Assembly: GCA_021413905.1 (NCBI GenBank)
Contig: JAIOPO010000004.1
Span: 1,597-65,596, forward strand
Reading direction: 5' to 3'
Source: Candidatus Nomurabacteria bacterium
GTDB lineage: Bacteria > Patescibacteriota > Minisyncoccia > Phycocordibacterales > UBA9973
Length of the DNA stretch: 64,000 nt
Shown: piece after piece, positions 54,692 to 63,351 of the stretch
Position numbering within the stretch: position 1 is the first letter of the stretch
Layout: every line of letters starts with the position of its first letter
Translations under genes and position numbers: made by a program
The notes under the pieces: generated by a model
Told to the model about the DNA's origin: nothing
The model's input: the letters and a program-made list of their open reading frames with translations, nothing else
Databases searched by the model: none

Positions 54692-54857
54692 AAGACTCCT
54701 CCTTTAAAAAGAACATTAATTTGTTGAGCCAAAAACCACAAAGGTTATCAAGGGTGCTCATACCCTTAATATCTAAAGTATACACCTTTTAGAGTAAAAA
54801 GTCAAGAGCTAAAAATAGCTGTAAAATAAAGCTTTTCCCTATGTCAGACATATGTAT

Positions 54858-55925
54858 TTATTTCAAAGCTTTAATTCCAGGCAAGGTGCCATTAGCGAGA
54901 AAGTCCAGTGTCGCCCCTCCGCCAGTGGAAACAAAAGAAAATTTGTCTTCCATTTTATTTTCAGAAATTAAAGATACCGTGTCTCCTCCACCAATAATGC
55001 TTTCAGCTTTAGAATTGGCAACCAACTTCAAAACACTTTTTGTGGCTCCACCATTCAATACTTCGTATTTCCCCAAAGGTCCGTTCCAGAGAATCATTTT
55101 AGCTTTCCTTATTATTAGTGCGAGATTTTTTATTGATTCAGACCCAACATCTAAAATGATTTCATCTTTTTGTACTTCAGTTACTTTTTTATTTATAAAA
55201 GTCCCATCAGTTTTTTTTACCACTACATCAGTAGGTAAAATAAGTTTTTTATTATTTATAAATTTATTAATCCCAAAGTCACTTTCATCAACAAGAGACT
55301 TACCCACTTCATAACCTTTCGCTTTCAAAAAGTCATTTACTAGAGCGCCCCCTATGAAAATATTATCAGCGAGATTTAAATACTTTTTAATCAAAGGCAT
55401 TTTAGTGGAAAACTTCGCTCCGCCTAGAATAAACAAAAATGGATGCTTTGGATTTTTCATAACCTTGGAAAGATTTTTCACTTCTTCTTCAAGCTGAAAG
55501 CCCGCATAGCTGGGCAAATATTTTGGAACGCCGACAACAGATGCATGCGCTCTATGAGAAACAGAAAATGCGTCATTCACATAAATGTCTGCGAGACTTG
55601 CCAAATGTTTCGCAAAATCTTTATCATTCTTTTCTTCACCGGGGAATTTACGAACATTTTCAAAAAATTCTATTTTGTTTTTAGGAATTTTAGAAAGAGT
55701 AAAAAAATTTTTAATCACTGGCTCAAGTGAAGCTGTACCGTCTTTACCTAAATGAGTTAGCAAAATTACTTGCGCACCTTTTTTTAATAAATAATTTATA
55801 GTTGGCAAAGATTTGCGAATACGAAAATCATCTTCAACCTTGCCATTTTTAATAGGCACATTGAAATCCACCCTCACGAGAACTCTTTTACCTTTTATGT
55901 TTTTTAATTTTTTGATTGATTGCAT
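54858..55925 (-). CDS. pgk: Phosphoglycerate kinase
   Basis: Supporting segments are RVDFNVP, LTHLG, AFSVSHRAHAS, GGAKFSTK and the C-terminal STGGGATLDFL. Confidence 0.95.
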   Translation of the reverse strand: MQSIKKLKNIKGKRVLVRVDFNVPIKNGKVEDDFRIRKSLPTINYLLKKGAQVILLTHLGKDGTASLEPVIKNFFTLSKIPKNKIEFFENVRKFPGEEKNDKDFAKHLASLADIYVNDAFSVSHRAHASVVGVPKYLPSYAGFQLEEEVKNLSKVMKNPKHPFLFILGGAKFSTKMPLIKKYLNLADNIFIGGALVNDFLKAKGYEVGKSLVDESDFGINKFINNKKLILPTDVVVKKTDGTFINKKVTEVQKDEIILDVGSESIKNLALIIRKAKMILWNGPLGKYEVLNGGATKSVLKLVANSKAESIIGGGDTVSLISENKMEDKFSFVSTGGGATLDFLANGTLPGIKALK

Positions 55926-55990
55926 TTTTTTATTATGAAGCAGAAACTTGTTTTTTAAAAGCCTTGGTAGGAGCGACGGCGACGGACAGA

Positions 55991-56014
55991 GAAAGTTTTC
56001 AACAGAAAACTTTC
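55991..56014. terminator. Perfect 10-bp-stem hairpin in the tpiA-pgk spacer (terminator or processing-site candidate)
   Basis: GAAAGTTTTC-aaca-GAAAACTTTC. No clean U-tract follows on the minus strand, so its function is uncertain. Confidence 0.3.
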
Positions 56015-56021
56015 GTGCTTT

Positions 56022-56798
56022 TTAAAAATTAGTTTCTGCGGAGCTTACTATTGATAAAAACTTCTTCACATCCAAACTATCCCTGCCGACTAAAAATCCA
56101 TCTGCGCCTTCCGCCAAAAAACCCTGCACATTTTCCGGATGCACAGAACCGCCATAAATTATTCTGGGCATATTTATTTTAATTCCAAATTTATCTGACA
56201 AAATTTTCTTTACATAAATACTCATCTCACGAAATTCCGCAGGAGTAGCTTCCCTTTTTGCATTCTTACCAATAGCCCAGATTGGTTCATACGCAATAAT
56301 CATTCTTGAAATATTTTCTTTTGATATTTTTTCTAAACATTCTTCGATTTGTTTTTTAATAAAAATCAAATATTCATGATTTTCATCTCTTTCATTTTCA
56401 CCAAAACAAAAAACAGGAACAAGGCTTGAATCTAATGCCATTTTTATTTTTTTATTTACATCTTGATTACTTTCCCCGCTTAGCGGGGCAAGCACCCCTG
56501 CGCGTCTTTCTGAATGCCCTAATATTACATATTTTGCTTTTATGTTTATCAACATTTCTGCTGACACTTCTCCGGTATAAGACCCAACACCATTTTCCAA
56601 ACAAATATTTTGTGCTCCTAAAGAAACTTTTTTTGATATTTTGCCCAACTTTTCCAAATATAAAAATGGCGGACAAATAGCCACTTCTGTTTTTTTATTT
56701 TTTAAATTTTTAGAAATTCCAGAAAAGATTTTCTCCGCTTCTTTCATAGTCAACGGATTCATTTTCCAATTACCAATAATTATTTTCTTTAAAATCAT
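56022..56798 (-). CDS. tpiA: Triosephosphate isomerase
   Basis: Motifs GNWKMN, ILGHSERR, AYEPIWAIG and YGGSV. Confidence 0.93.
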   Translation of the reverse strand: MILKKIIIGNWKMNPLTMKEAEKIFSGISKNLKNKKTEVAICPPFLYLEKLGKISKKVSLGAQNICLENGVGSYTGEVSAEMLINIKAKYVILGHSERRAGVLAPLSGESNQDVNKKIKMALDSSLVPVFCFGENERDENHEYLIFIKKQIEECLEKISKENISRMIIAYEPIWAIGKNAKREATPAEFREMSIYVKKILSDKFGIKINMPRIIYGGSVHPENVQGFLAEGADGFLVGRDSLDVKKFLSIVSSAETNF

Positions 56799-56801
56799 AA
56801 T

Positions 56802-56831
56802 ACTATTATAACAAAAAAATCCCCATTTGGG
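56802..56831 (-). terminator. Rho-independent terminator after the 617-aa secreted protein gene
   Basis: Hairpin ATCCCCA-tt-TGGGGAT (56809-24), flanked by A7 and T7 runs. Confidence 0.75.
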
Positions 56832-56857
56832 GATTTTTTTGTAAAGTTAAATTAAAT

Positions 56858-58711
56858 TTACTTAACACACATTTTCATAGGTCCAGCACTTGTTATATTA
56901 TATGAAGTGCCAGAGCTACCAGTAGTTAAACCCATTGTAGCAACACCAACACCAAGATCTTGTACTGTAAAACCAGTAGGACAAGAACACCCAGCAGTAA
57001 AAGTGTTTGATTTTAAACAAGTTGAATTATCAAAACCAACAATATAAGAACCTCCAAAACCATAAGTAGCTCCCCGAATAGTTGAAGTAGATCCAGCAAT
57101 AACAACATTCCCAGAATTTGTTAAAACTCCAAAAGAGTCTATACCGCCAGTAAGATAAGATTTACCATTTACAGTTAAAGCATGACCAGAAACTGGTGTT
57201 GTGCCTATAGCAACATTTCCACTTCCATAAGTAATATCATTTCCTGACACAGTCCAAGATGGTGATGGTAATGTTTGCCAACTTGCTAAACCATTAGCAT
57301 CAGAAGTTAAAACTTTTCCAGCTCCAGGTGAACCACCAGAAATTTTTATTTTTCCATTTACATCTAGATTTGTTGCAGGAGTTGAAGTACCAATACCTAC
57401 ATATTTATTATTTGTATTATAAATACTTGTATTACCAGTCTCTGGATCTGTTGCAGAAGCCCAAGGTGAAGTTACAGTTCCACCACCAGTAGCTGGTGTC
57501 TGCCAACTTGCCAAACCATTAGCATCAGAAGTCAAAACTTTTCCAGCTCCAGGTGAACCACCAGCAACAGTAAGTTGCCCAGGAATTTTAAAATTAGCCG
57601 GACCATAGACATTGCCTGTCGCTGTCGGAGTATTACCAGTGCCTAATATAAAAGTTTTTTCATTTGGATACCAAGATATATTTCCATGCGCAACGCCAGA
57701 TCCTCCAAAAAATATTCCTTGACTAGCTGTACCAGCACCACCCGCTGTACCATTCAAATAAAAACCACCATTTGAATTTAAAGTATTCGCTACACCTAAA
57801 TCACCGTTTACAGACAAAGTATTTGTCGGTGTATTTGTACCAATTCCAACTTTTCCTGCTGTGTAAAAAATATCATTTGTGGAACCGATGCCTGTTCCAG
57901 CAGACCAATAAGAACTAGCAGTGGAAGCAGAACCTATATCAGTCCAAGCTGTTCCATTACAAAACTGCATTTTCATTGGCATCAGTAAATTATTATATCT
58001 TTGAGTACCAGCTAATGCTGTAGTACAAGGAGCATTTGTATTACCAATTTTTACAGTACCAGAAACATCAGCATTTCCATTTATTTTTAAACCGGTAGCA
58101 GTAATCAAACCATCTGAAGTAAGTCCCGCATCAAAAATCGCAGAAGTCATACTACGAAGACCTCCTAAAACAATATTTGCTGACTGTAAAAAAGTAGGAC
58201 CTGCAACAGTCAATCCATCAGAAATCTGAACATCACCACGAACATCAAGACGAGAGGTTGGAGAAGTTGTACCAATACCAACACTTCCATTATCTTGGAA
58301 AGTCATTATTGAGCCAGTTGTACCAGTATTAAAAGCACCGTTTACTGTTTCTTTTAATCTGCCTATATGAAATTTCCATCCTGTTTTATCACCAAAACGC
58401 AAATAACCAGCATTTGGTGAAGAATCACTTTTATTCAACATAAAAGAACCCAGAGATAGATTGTCAGAAGTAACAGTACCAGACGAAGTAATCCCTTGAT
58501 CAAAAATAGAAGGACCAAAAGATCTAAAACCATTTACCAAAACAGATCCTGGTTTATATTGAGTAGAAGTACTTACATTCAAAGGAGCTGAGACATTAGC
58601 ATTTGGAGGTGTTCCTGTTGGATTTTGCCATACAGCCAAAGCTTGAACAGAAAAAGCAATAGCCAAAATAACAAATGCTGATTTAAATATTGTTTTGTTT
58701 ATATAATTCAT
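56858..58711 (-). CDS. Secreted Gly/Thr/Ser-rich repeat protein with tail-fibre-like GxxGxVLTSDxxGxxSW modules
   Basis: It has a signal peptide (FKSAFVILAIAFSVQALA). The module GGSPGAGKVLTSDANGLASWQT is duplicated and the C-terminus is Cys-containing. Confidence 0.7.
   Translation of the reverse strand: MNYINKTIFKSAFVILAIAFSVQALAVWQNPTGTPPNANVSAPLNVSTSTQYKPGSVLVNGFRSFGPSIFDQGITSSGTVTSDNLSLGSFMLNKSDSSPNAGYLRFGDKTGWKFHIGRLKETVNGAFNTGTTGSIMTFQDNGSVGIGTTSPTSRLDVRGDVQISDGLTVAGPTFLQSANIVLGGLRSMTSAIFDAGLTSDGLITATGLKINGNADVSGTVKIGNTNAPCTTALAGTQRYNNLLMPMKMQFCNGTAWTDIGSASTASSYWSAGTGIGSTNDIFYTAGKVGIGTNTPTNTLSVNGDLGVANTLNSNGGFYLNGTAGGAGTASQGIFFGGSGVAHGNISWYPNEKTFILGTGNTPTATGNVYGPANFKIPGQLTVAGGSPGAGKVLTSDANGLASWQTPATGGGTVTSPWASATDPETGNTSIYNTNNKYVGIGTSTPATNLDVNGKIKISGGSPGAGKVLTSDANGLASWQTLPSPSWTVSGNDITYGSGNVAIGTTPVSGHALTVNGKSYLTGGIDSFGVLTNSGNVVIAGSTSTIRGATYGFGGSYIVGFDNSTCLKSNTFTAGCSCPTGFTVQDLGVGVATMGLTTGSSGTSYNITSAGPMKMCVK
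57276..57339 (-). repeat. Intragenic 64-nt repeat, copy 1
   Basis: It matches 57501-57564 with 2 mismatches by eye. The period is 225 nt (75 aa). Confidence 0.85.
57501..57564 (-). repeat. Intragenic 64-nt repeat, copy 2
   Basis: See copy 1. Confidence 0.85.
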
Positions 58712-58762
58712 ATTTTTAATTTAATTAATAATTTATTCTAATAATTATAACATATATTACTT

Positions 58763-60061
58763 TTAATTCGCCGCGCCATCTGTTTTTATTTTGATATTTG
58801 GACTCAATCCTTGTCCTGGTTCAACATATTTTGGATCTCCAGGCTTTGGAGTAGTATCATTTGGATTTTTTATTCCACTAGATACAAATACCGGATTAGC
58901 ATCTATCTTAGAACCATCAACAGTATTAAAACAATACAAATCATATCTGGTAGGATTGTACAAGACATCAACTTTTTTTGAAGAAATAGAATCAGACAAA
59001 TTTCCATTCCAACCTTGTATAGTACTAGCATTGTTAGAACTGCTTGCCACACAACTTTTAATGGAAACATTTGAATTCCAATTCAAAGTGACAGTTGAAG
59101 GCAAAGAAGCTACAGAACCAGGAGTAGCATAAAATGTAATACTTGGAATATTTACACCGATTGAGACATTACTATTTGCTGTGGTGCCAGCAGTTAATCC
59201 ATCACAATTGATAGTATAAGTAATATTTTGAATCAAAGAAGAAGTCGTGAAAGTACCAGAAGGAGAAGGAACTTTTATTTTATCTGAATTCAAAGAATTA
59301 GCGATGACACATCCTTCTGCACTATTTACCAAATTCAAACCAGTCCAAGACAATGTAACTTTTGAATTTTTTGGAACAGAATATGAATTAGAACTCAAAC
59401 TAACAACAGGAACAGTAATAGGATCATAAGAAACACTATAAGGTATTTTTAAATCTGAAAAATTAATCCAACCAACAATATCAGAACCCCAAGCGTAACC
59501 ATTTATTTTTTTTGTTTCTTTATCAAAAGAAACTTTATAATCTTTACCATTAAGACTCACCCATCCATCCCAACCACCATTAGAAGTATTATTCCCAGCA
59601 AAACCTAAACAAGTATTTGTATTAGATGCAACAGAACAAAATCTTGCCCAACCTGTAACAATCCCAGTAGATAAATCAAGTTTTGCATTTTCTGATACAG
59701 TACCAGAGCCAATTGGAAAATCAGAGAGTCCTCCGAATTTCAACCAACCATAATTAGGAGACCAAGCATAACCGGAAATAATTCCAGTATCTGGGTTTAT
59801 ATTTACTCCATAAGAAGAACTTGCACAGGAATTATTGTCTTTACAATTAAAACTTAAAAAACCAACACCTCCAGTTTCTTCATTAGGAAAATCTTGAGTA
59901 TTATTATAAGGCAATAAATCCATCCAAGATCCACCCCAAGCATAACCGGAAACATTGTCTATATTACTAGAATTTACAAAACTAAAAAAACCCAAAAACA
60001 ATAAAAAGGAAGCAGTAATAAATACAGAAACCCACTTTTTTTTAAAATTATTTTTTTGCAT
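58763..60061 (-). CDS. Secreted protein with repeated GYAW-x-x-x-GW-[IL]-x-F modules and C-terminal Ig-like region
   Basis: It has a signal/anchor segment (WVSVFITASFLLFLGFFSFV). The motifs SGYAWGGSWMDL, SGYAWSPNYGWLKF, TGWARF and NGYAWGSDIVGWINF recur. Confidence 0.7.
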   Translation of the reverse strand: MQKNNFKKKWVSVFITASFLLFLGFFSFVNSSNIDNVSGYAWGGSWMDLLPYNNTQDFPNEETGGVGFLSFNCKDNNSCASSSYGVNINPDTGIISGYAWSPNYGWLKFGGLSDFPIGSGTVSENAKLDLSTGIVTGWARFCSVASNTNTCLGFAGNNTSNGGWDGWVSLNGKDYKVSFDKETKKINGYAWGSDIVGWINFSDLKIPYSVSYDPITVPVVSLSSNSYSVPKNSKVTLSWTGLNLVNSAEGCVIANSLNSDKIKVPSPSGTFTTSSLIQNITYTINCDGLTAGTTANSNVSIGVNIPSITFYATPGSVASLPSTVTLNWNSNVSIKSCVASSSNNASTIQGWNGNLSDSISSKKVDVLYNPTRYDLYCFNTVDGSKIDANPVFVSSGIKNPNDTTPKPGDPKYVEPGQGLSPNIKIKTDGAAN

Positions 60062-60063
60062 AT

Positions 60064-60351
60064 TTATTGTTTTTTAACAGAACCTAGTTCTTGTAATACT
60101 TTATCATTATCAATAGATTTTATTGATGGATTTGGAATAGAATTCAAATCTTTCAATATTTCTTCTGGATTTCTCATGTTATCGGAAGACTTATACTGCA
60201 TTAATTCTTTTGTAGCGGGATCTGTAATTTCAACATTTATATTTTGATTTAATTTTTGTGTATTTTTTGATTGAAAATATAAAAATCCAACAACCAACAA
60301 TACTAAAAAAATCAAAATAACTAAAAATAAAACTAAAGTTCTTTTAGACAT
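60064..60351 (-). CDS. Small membrane-anchored protein (hypothetical)
   Basis: It has a TM helix (LVLFLVILIFLVLLVVGFLYF). I prefer MSKRTLV as the start. Its stop lies 2 nt from the start of the downstream gene. Confidence 0.4.
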   Translation of the reverse strand: MSKRTLVLFLVILIFLVLLVVGFLYFQSKNTQKLNQNINVEITDPATKELMQYKSSDNMRNPEEILKDLNSIPNPSIKSIDNDKVLQELGSVKKQ

Positions 60352-60493
60352 ATACAATATTATACAACTAAAGCATATTAATTGAAACAAAATTTTGACT
60401 CTTGTGTGGATAAACGAAGTATGATATACTGCATTTCAGTAGAGTCCTGCGAAACAGGGCTTTTTATATTAAAAAATTAAATAAAATAGACAT

Positions 60494-61681
60494 ATGTTGG
60501 ACATAAAAACATTTAAATCAGCATTAGAACAACTTGAACAAGAAAGAAAAATACCCAAAGAAAAGGTATTGGATGCTATTGAACAAGCCATGGCTGCAGC
60601 TTATAAAAAAGATTACGGCAAAAAAGGGCAAATAGTCCGTGCTAAATTTGATATGGAAACAGGTAAAACTGACTTTTTTCAAATTAAAATAGTTGTCGAT
60701 GACACAATAGTCCGAATGGAAGAAAAAAGCGAAGAAAATAATGAAGAATACACAAAAGACGAAGACGAACGTCCATATTTCAATGATGAACATCATATTT
60801 TACTTGAAGATGCTAGAAAAATTAAAAAGGATGTTGAATTAAACGATGAAGTAGTATTCCCTCTTGAACCAAAAGAAGATTATGGACGTATTGCGGCTCA
60901 AACAGCAAAACAAGTCATTATTCAAAGAATTAGAGAAGCTGAACGTACATCTATAATAGACGAATACGGCATAAAAGAAGGTCAAATCATCTCTGGTGTT
61001 GTTCAAAAAGTTGAAAGAGGTAATGTTTATATAGATTTTAACCGTGCAACAGGTATTTTACCCGCTGAAGAACAAATTCCTGGTGAATTTTTCCAAAGAG
61101 GACAACGTGTACGTGTTTACCTATATTCAGTAGAAGATACACCAAGAGGCATAAATCTTCGTCTTTCTCGTACACATCCTAAATTCTTGCAAGAATTATT
61201 TACTGTTGAAGCTCCTGAAATCGCAAGTGGAGTAGTAGAAATAAAGTCCATTGCCCGCGAAGCAGGATCACGTTCCAAAATCACAGTGCATTCAAATGAT
61301 TCTCACATAGACCCAGTTGGATCTTGTGTTGGACAAAAAGGTGCTCGTGTAAATACTGTTACAACAGAGCTCGGTGGTGAAAAAATCGATATTATTCCAT
61401 GGTCAGAAGACCCTAAAGAATTTATTACAAATTCTCTTTCTCCAGCGAAAGTTCTTTCTATTGAAGTTGATGAAAAAGAACACAAAGCTGTGGTAGAAGT
61501 AGCAAATGATCAATTATCCCTGGCTATCGGTAAAGGCGGACAAAATGTGCGTTTGGCAGCGAAACTCACAGGCTGGAGAATCGACATAAAGGGCGACGGC
61601 ACAGAAGTGGCAAAAACAGATGGAAATAAAGTTGAAATTGCAGAAGATATAGCTCCTTCAGTTGAAGAATCAATGGAATAA
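60494..61681 (+). CDS. nusA: Transcription termination/antitermination factor NusA
   Basis: It has the N-terminal domain, an S1 domain (GQIISGVVQKVERGNVYIDF) and two KH domains (GSCVGQKGARV, AIGKGGQNVRLA). Confidence 0.95.
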   Translation: MLDIKTFKSALEQLEQERKIPKEKVLDAIEQAMAAAYKKDYGKKGQIVRAKFDMETGKTDFFQIKIVVDDTIVRMEEKSEENNEEYTKDEDERPYFNDEHHILLEDARKIKKDVELNDEVVFPLEPKEDYGRIAAQTAKQVIIQRIREAERTSIIDEYGIKEGQIISGVVQKVERGNVYIDFNRATGILPAEEQIPGEFFQRGQRVRVYLYSVEDTPRGINLRLSRTHPKFLQELFTVEAPEIASGVVEIKSIAREAGSRSKITVHSNDSHIDPVGSCVGQKGARVNTVTTELGGEKIDIIPWSEDPKEFITNSLSPAKVLSIEVDEKEHKAVVEVANDQLSLAIGKGGQNVRLAAKLTGWRIDIKGDGTEVAKTDGNKVEIAEDIAPSVEESME

Positions 61682-61722
61682 TATATAATTAATATATTAA
61701 AAAATAAATAAAAAATAAAAAC

Positions 61723-62259
61723 ATGAATCTTTGGCACGACATAACAATAGGAAAAAATTCTCCGGAAGAATTCAATTGCATAATTGAAATTCCAAAAGGG
61801 TCACACAATAAATACGAGATAGACAAAGAAACCGGTTTGATAAAACTCGATAGAGCCAACTACGGACCGGCGGCGTATCCTTTTGACTACGGCTTTGTCC
61901 CTCAAACTCTCTGGGAAGACGGCGATGCGCTAGATGTGATTTTACTTTCCACATTTCCTGTGAATACAGGAGTCTTGGTAAATGCCCGTCCTGTGGCTCT
62001 TTTAGAAATGACAGATTCAGGTGAATCAGATTACAAGATAATCGCTGTGCCTGTGGAAGACAGAAGATGGGAAGATGTGAAAGACTTGGCAGATTTAAAC
62101 AATCATTCCCTGCGCGAATTCCAGAATTTCTTTGAAACTATAAAGCAATTAAAGGGCAAGCCTGCTGTAGTCGAAATACACGGGTATAAAGGAAAAGCTG
62201 AAGCTATAGAAGCCATAGAAAAAGCGCAAAAACTTTACTCTGAAAAGTTTGGTAAATAA
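61723..62259 (+). CDS. ppa: Inorganic pyrophosphatase (family I)
   Basis: Motifs IEIPKGSHNKYEID, YPFDYGFVPQT and DGDALDV. Confidence 0.95.
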   Translation: MNLWHDITIGKNSPEEFNCIIEIPKGSHNKYEIDKETGLIKLDRANYGPAAYPFDYGFVPQTLWEDGDALDVILLSTFPVNTGVLVNARPVALLEMTDSGESDYKIIAVPVEDRRWEDVKDLADLNNHSLREFQNFFETIKQLKGKPAVVEIHGYKGKAEAIEAIEKAQKLYSEKFGK

Positions 62260-62321
62260 AATATTAGGTATATAATATTAGCAGGTCTAATTATTATAAG
62301 TTTTTTAATGTGCAAAATTTT

Positions 62322-63023
62322 ATGAAAAAATATTTAGGATTGTTTATAGTTTTAATTATGACTTTTAGTTTAGCGAATATAGCAAAAGCGGAAGATGGAG
62401 CAAGTGAAAATTCAGATGATTCATTAAAAACAGGATTGCAACAAGAAAGACAAGATATGCGTGAAGGTATCAAAGAAAACAGATTAAAAATGCGCGCGCA
62501 AATTTTAGGTGACAAACAAGGTTTAAAAGAAGATTTAAAAAATGAAAGAGATACTTTTCATGATGACCTAAAATCAAAAATGGATGCATTTAAAATTGAA
62601 GTAGAGAAACAAAAATCTGATTTTAAAACAAATATAAAAACAAAAAGAAGTGAATTTAGAAAAAATGCCGAAGAAGTAAAAACAACAAAATTCACTGGAG
62701 CAATCACAAGTATTGAAGCAATACAAACAAAACTCTCAGAGAGAATTGCAAAAATGACAACAGATGGAAAGGATACAAAAACAGCAAAAGAATATCTTGA
62801 TGCTTCTGTTAAAGATTTAGCTGACGCAAAAATAAAAATAGCAGAAATAAAAATTCCTACTACTGACACAGCATTAACAGCTGATGATTTTGCTCAAATA
62901 AAAATCACAGTACGTGATGCGAGAAATCTATTAGAAAAAGCAAAAAATGATTTGCAAAATGCTATTAAAAGTCTAAAAACTGCAAACACTGCAAAAACAT
63001 CTGCAGAAAATACAAATCAATAA
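62322..63023 (+). CDS. Secreted Lys/Glu-rich coiled-coil protein (hypothetical)
   Basis: It has a signal peptide (MKKYLGLFIVLIMTFSLANIAKA) followed by charged helical repeats. Confidence 0.45.
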   Translation: MKKYLGLFIVLIMTFSLANIAKAEDGASENSDDSLKTGLQQERQDMREGIKENRLKMRAQILGDKQGLKEDLKNERDTFHDDLKSKMDAFKIEVEKQKSDFKTNIKTKRSEFRKNAEEVKTTKFTGAITSIEAIQTKLSERIAKMTTDGKDTKTAKEYLDASVKDLADAKIKIAEIKIPTTDTALTADDFAQIKITVRDARNLLEKAKNDLQNAIKSLKTANTAKTSAENTNQ

Positions 63024-63054
63024 ATTATTATCAACATTAATTAATAAAAAAATT

Positions 63055-63267
63055 ATGGAACAAAAATCAAATGGTGCATTAATAAGTTTGATAATTATAG
63101 TTGCTTTGCTTGTTATTGGTGGATTTTATTTATATCAAAATAAAATGAAAGAAAATGCAAAAACAAAAGAAATTCAAATTCAACAACAAGTACAACAAGA
63201 TGATTTGTCAGACATTGAGACAGATTTAAACAACACAGATCTAGAAAGTATAGATAAAAATCTGTAA
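63055..63267 (+). CDS. Small single-pass membrane protein (hypothetical)
   Basis: 70 aa with a TM helix (ALISLIIIVALLVIGGFYL). A terminator follows. Confidence 0.4.
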   Translation: MEQKSNGALISLIIIVALLVIGGFYLYQNKMKENAKTKEIQIQQQVQQDDLSDIETDLNNTDLESIDKNL

Positions 63268-63285
63268 AAATAAAAAATAAAATTA

Positions 63286-63313
63286 AAATACACAGGATAT
63301 CCTGTGTATTTTA
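63286..63313 (+). terminator. Rho-independent terminator
   Basis: Hairpin ATACACAGG-atat-CCTGTGTAT followed by TTTT. Confidence 0.75.
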
Positions 63314-63351
63314 ATTTTGACAAAATGAGTCAATAAATATAATATGGAAAT

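Noticed and set aside
54227-54727. A 166-aa plus-strand ORF antisense to the DGR target gene. A 60-aa minus-strand ORF at 54199-54381 is also present.
   Set aside because: The minus-strand 248-aa frame carries the VR in frame, a strong SD and a terminator. The antisense frame stays open simply because the region is GC-rich and so has few stop codons.
2973-60413. The four DnaA boxes could mark the replication origin.
   Set aside because: They are tens of kb apart and not clustered. No dnaA or dnaN gene is adjacent, and no obvious AT-rich unwinding element is bracketed by boxes.
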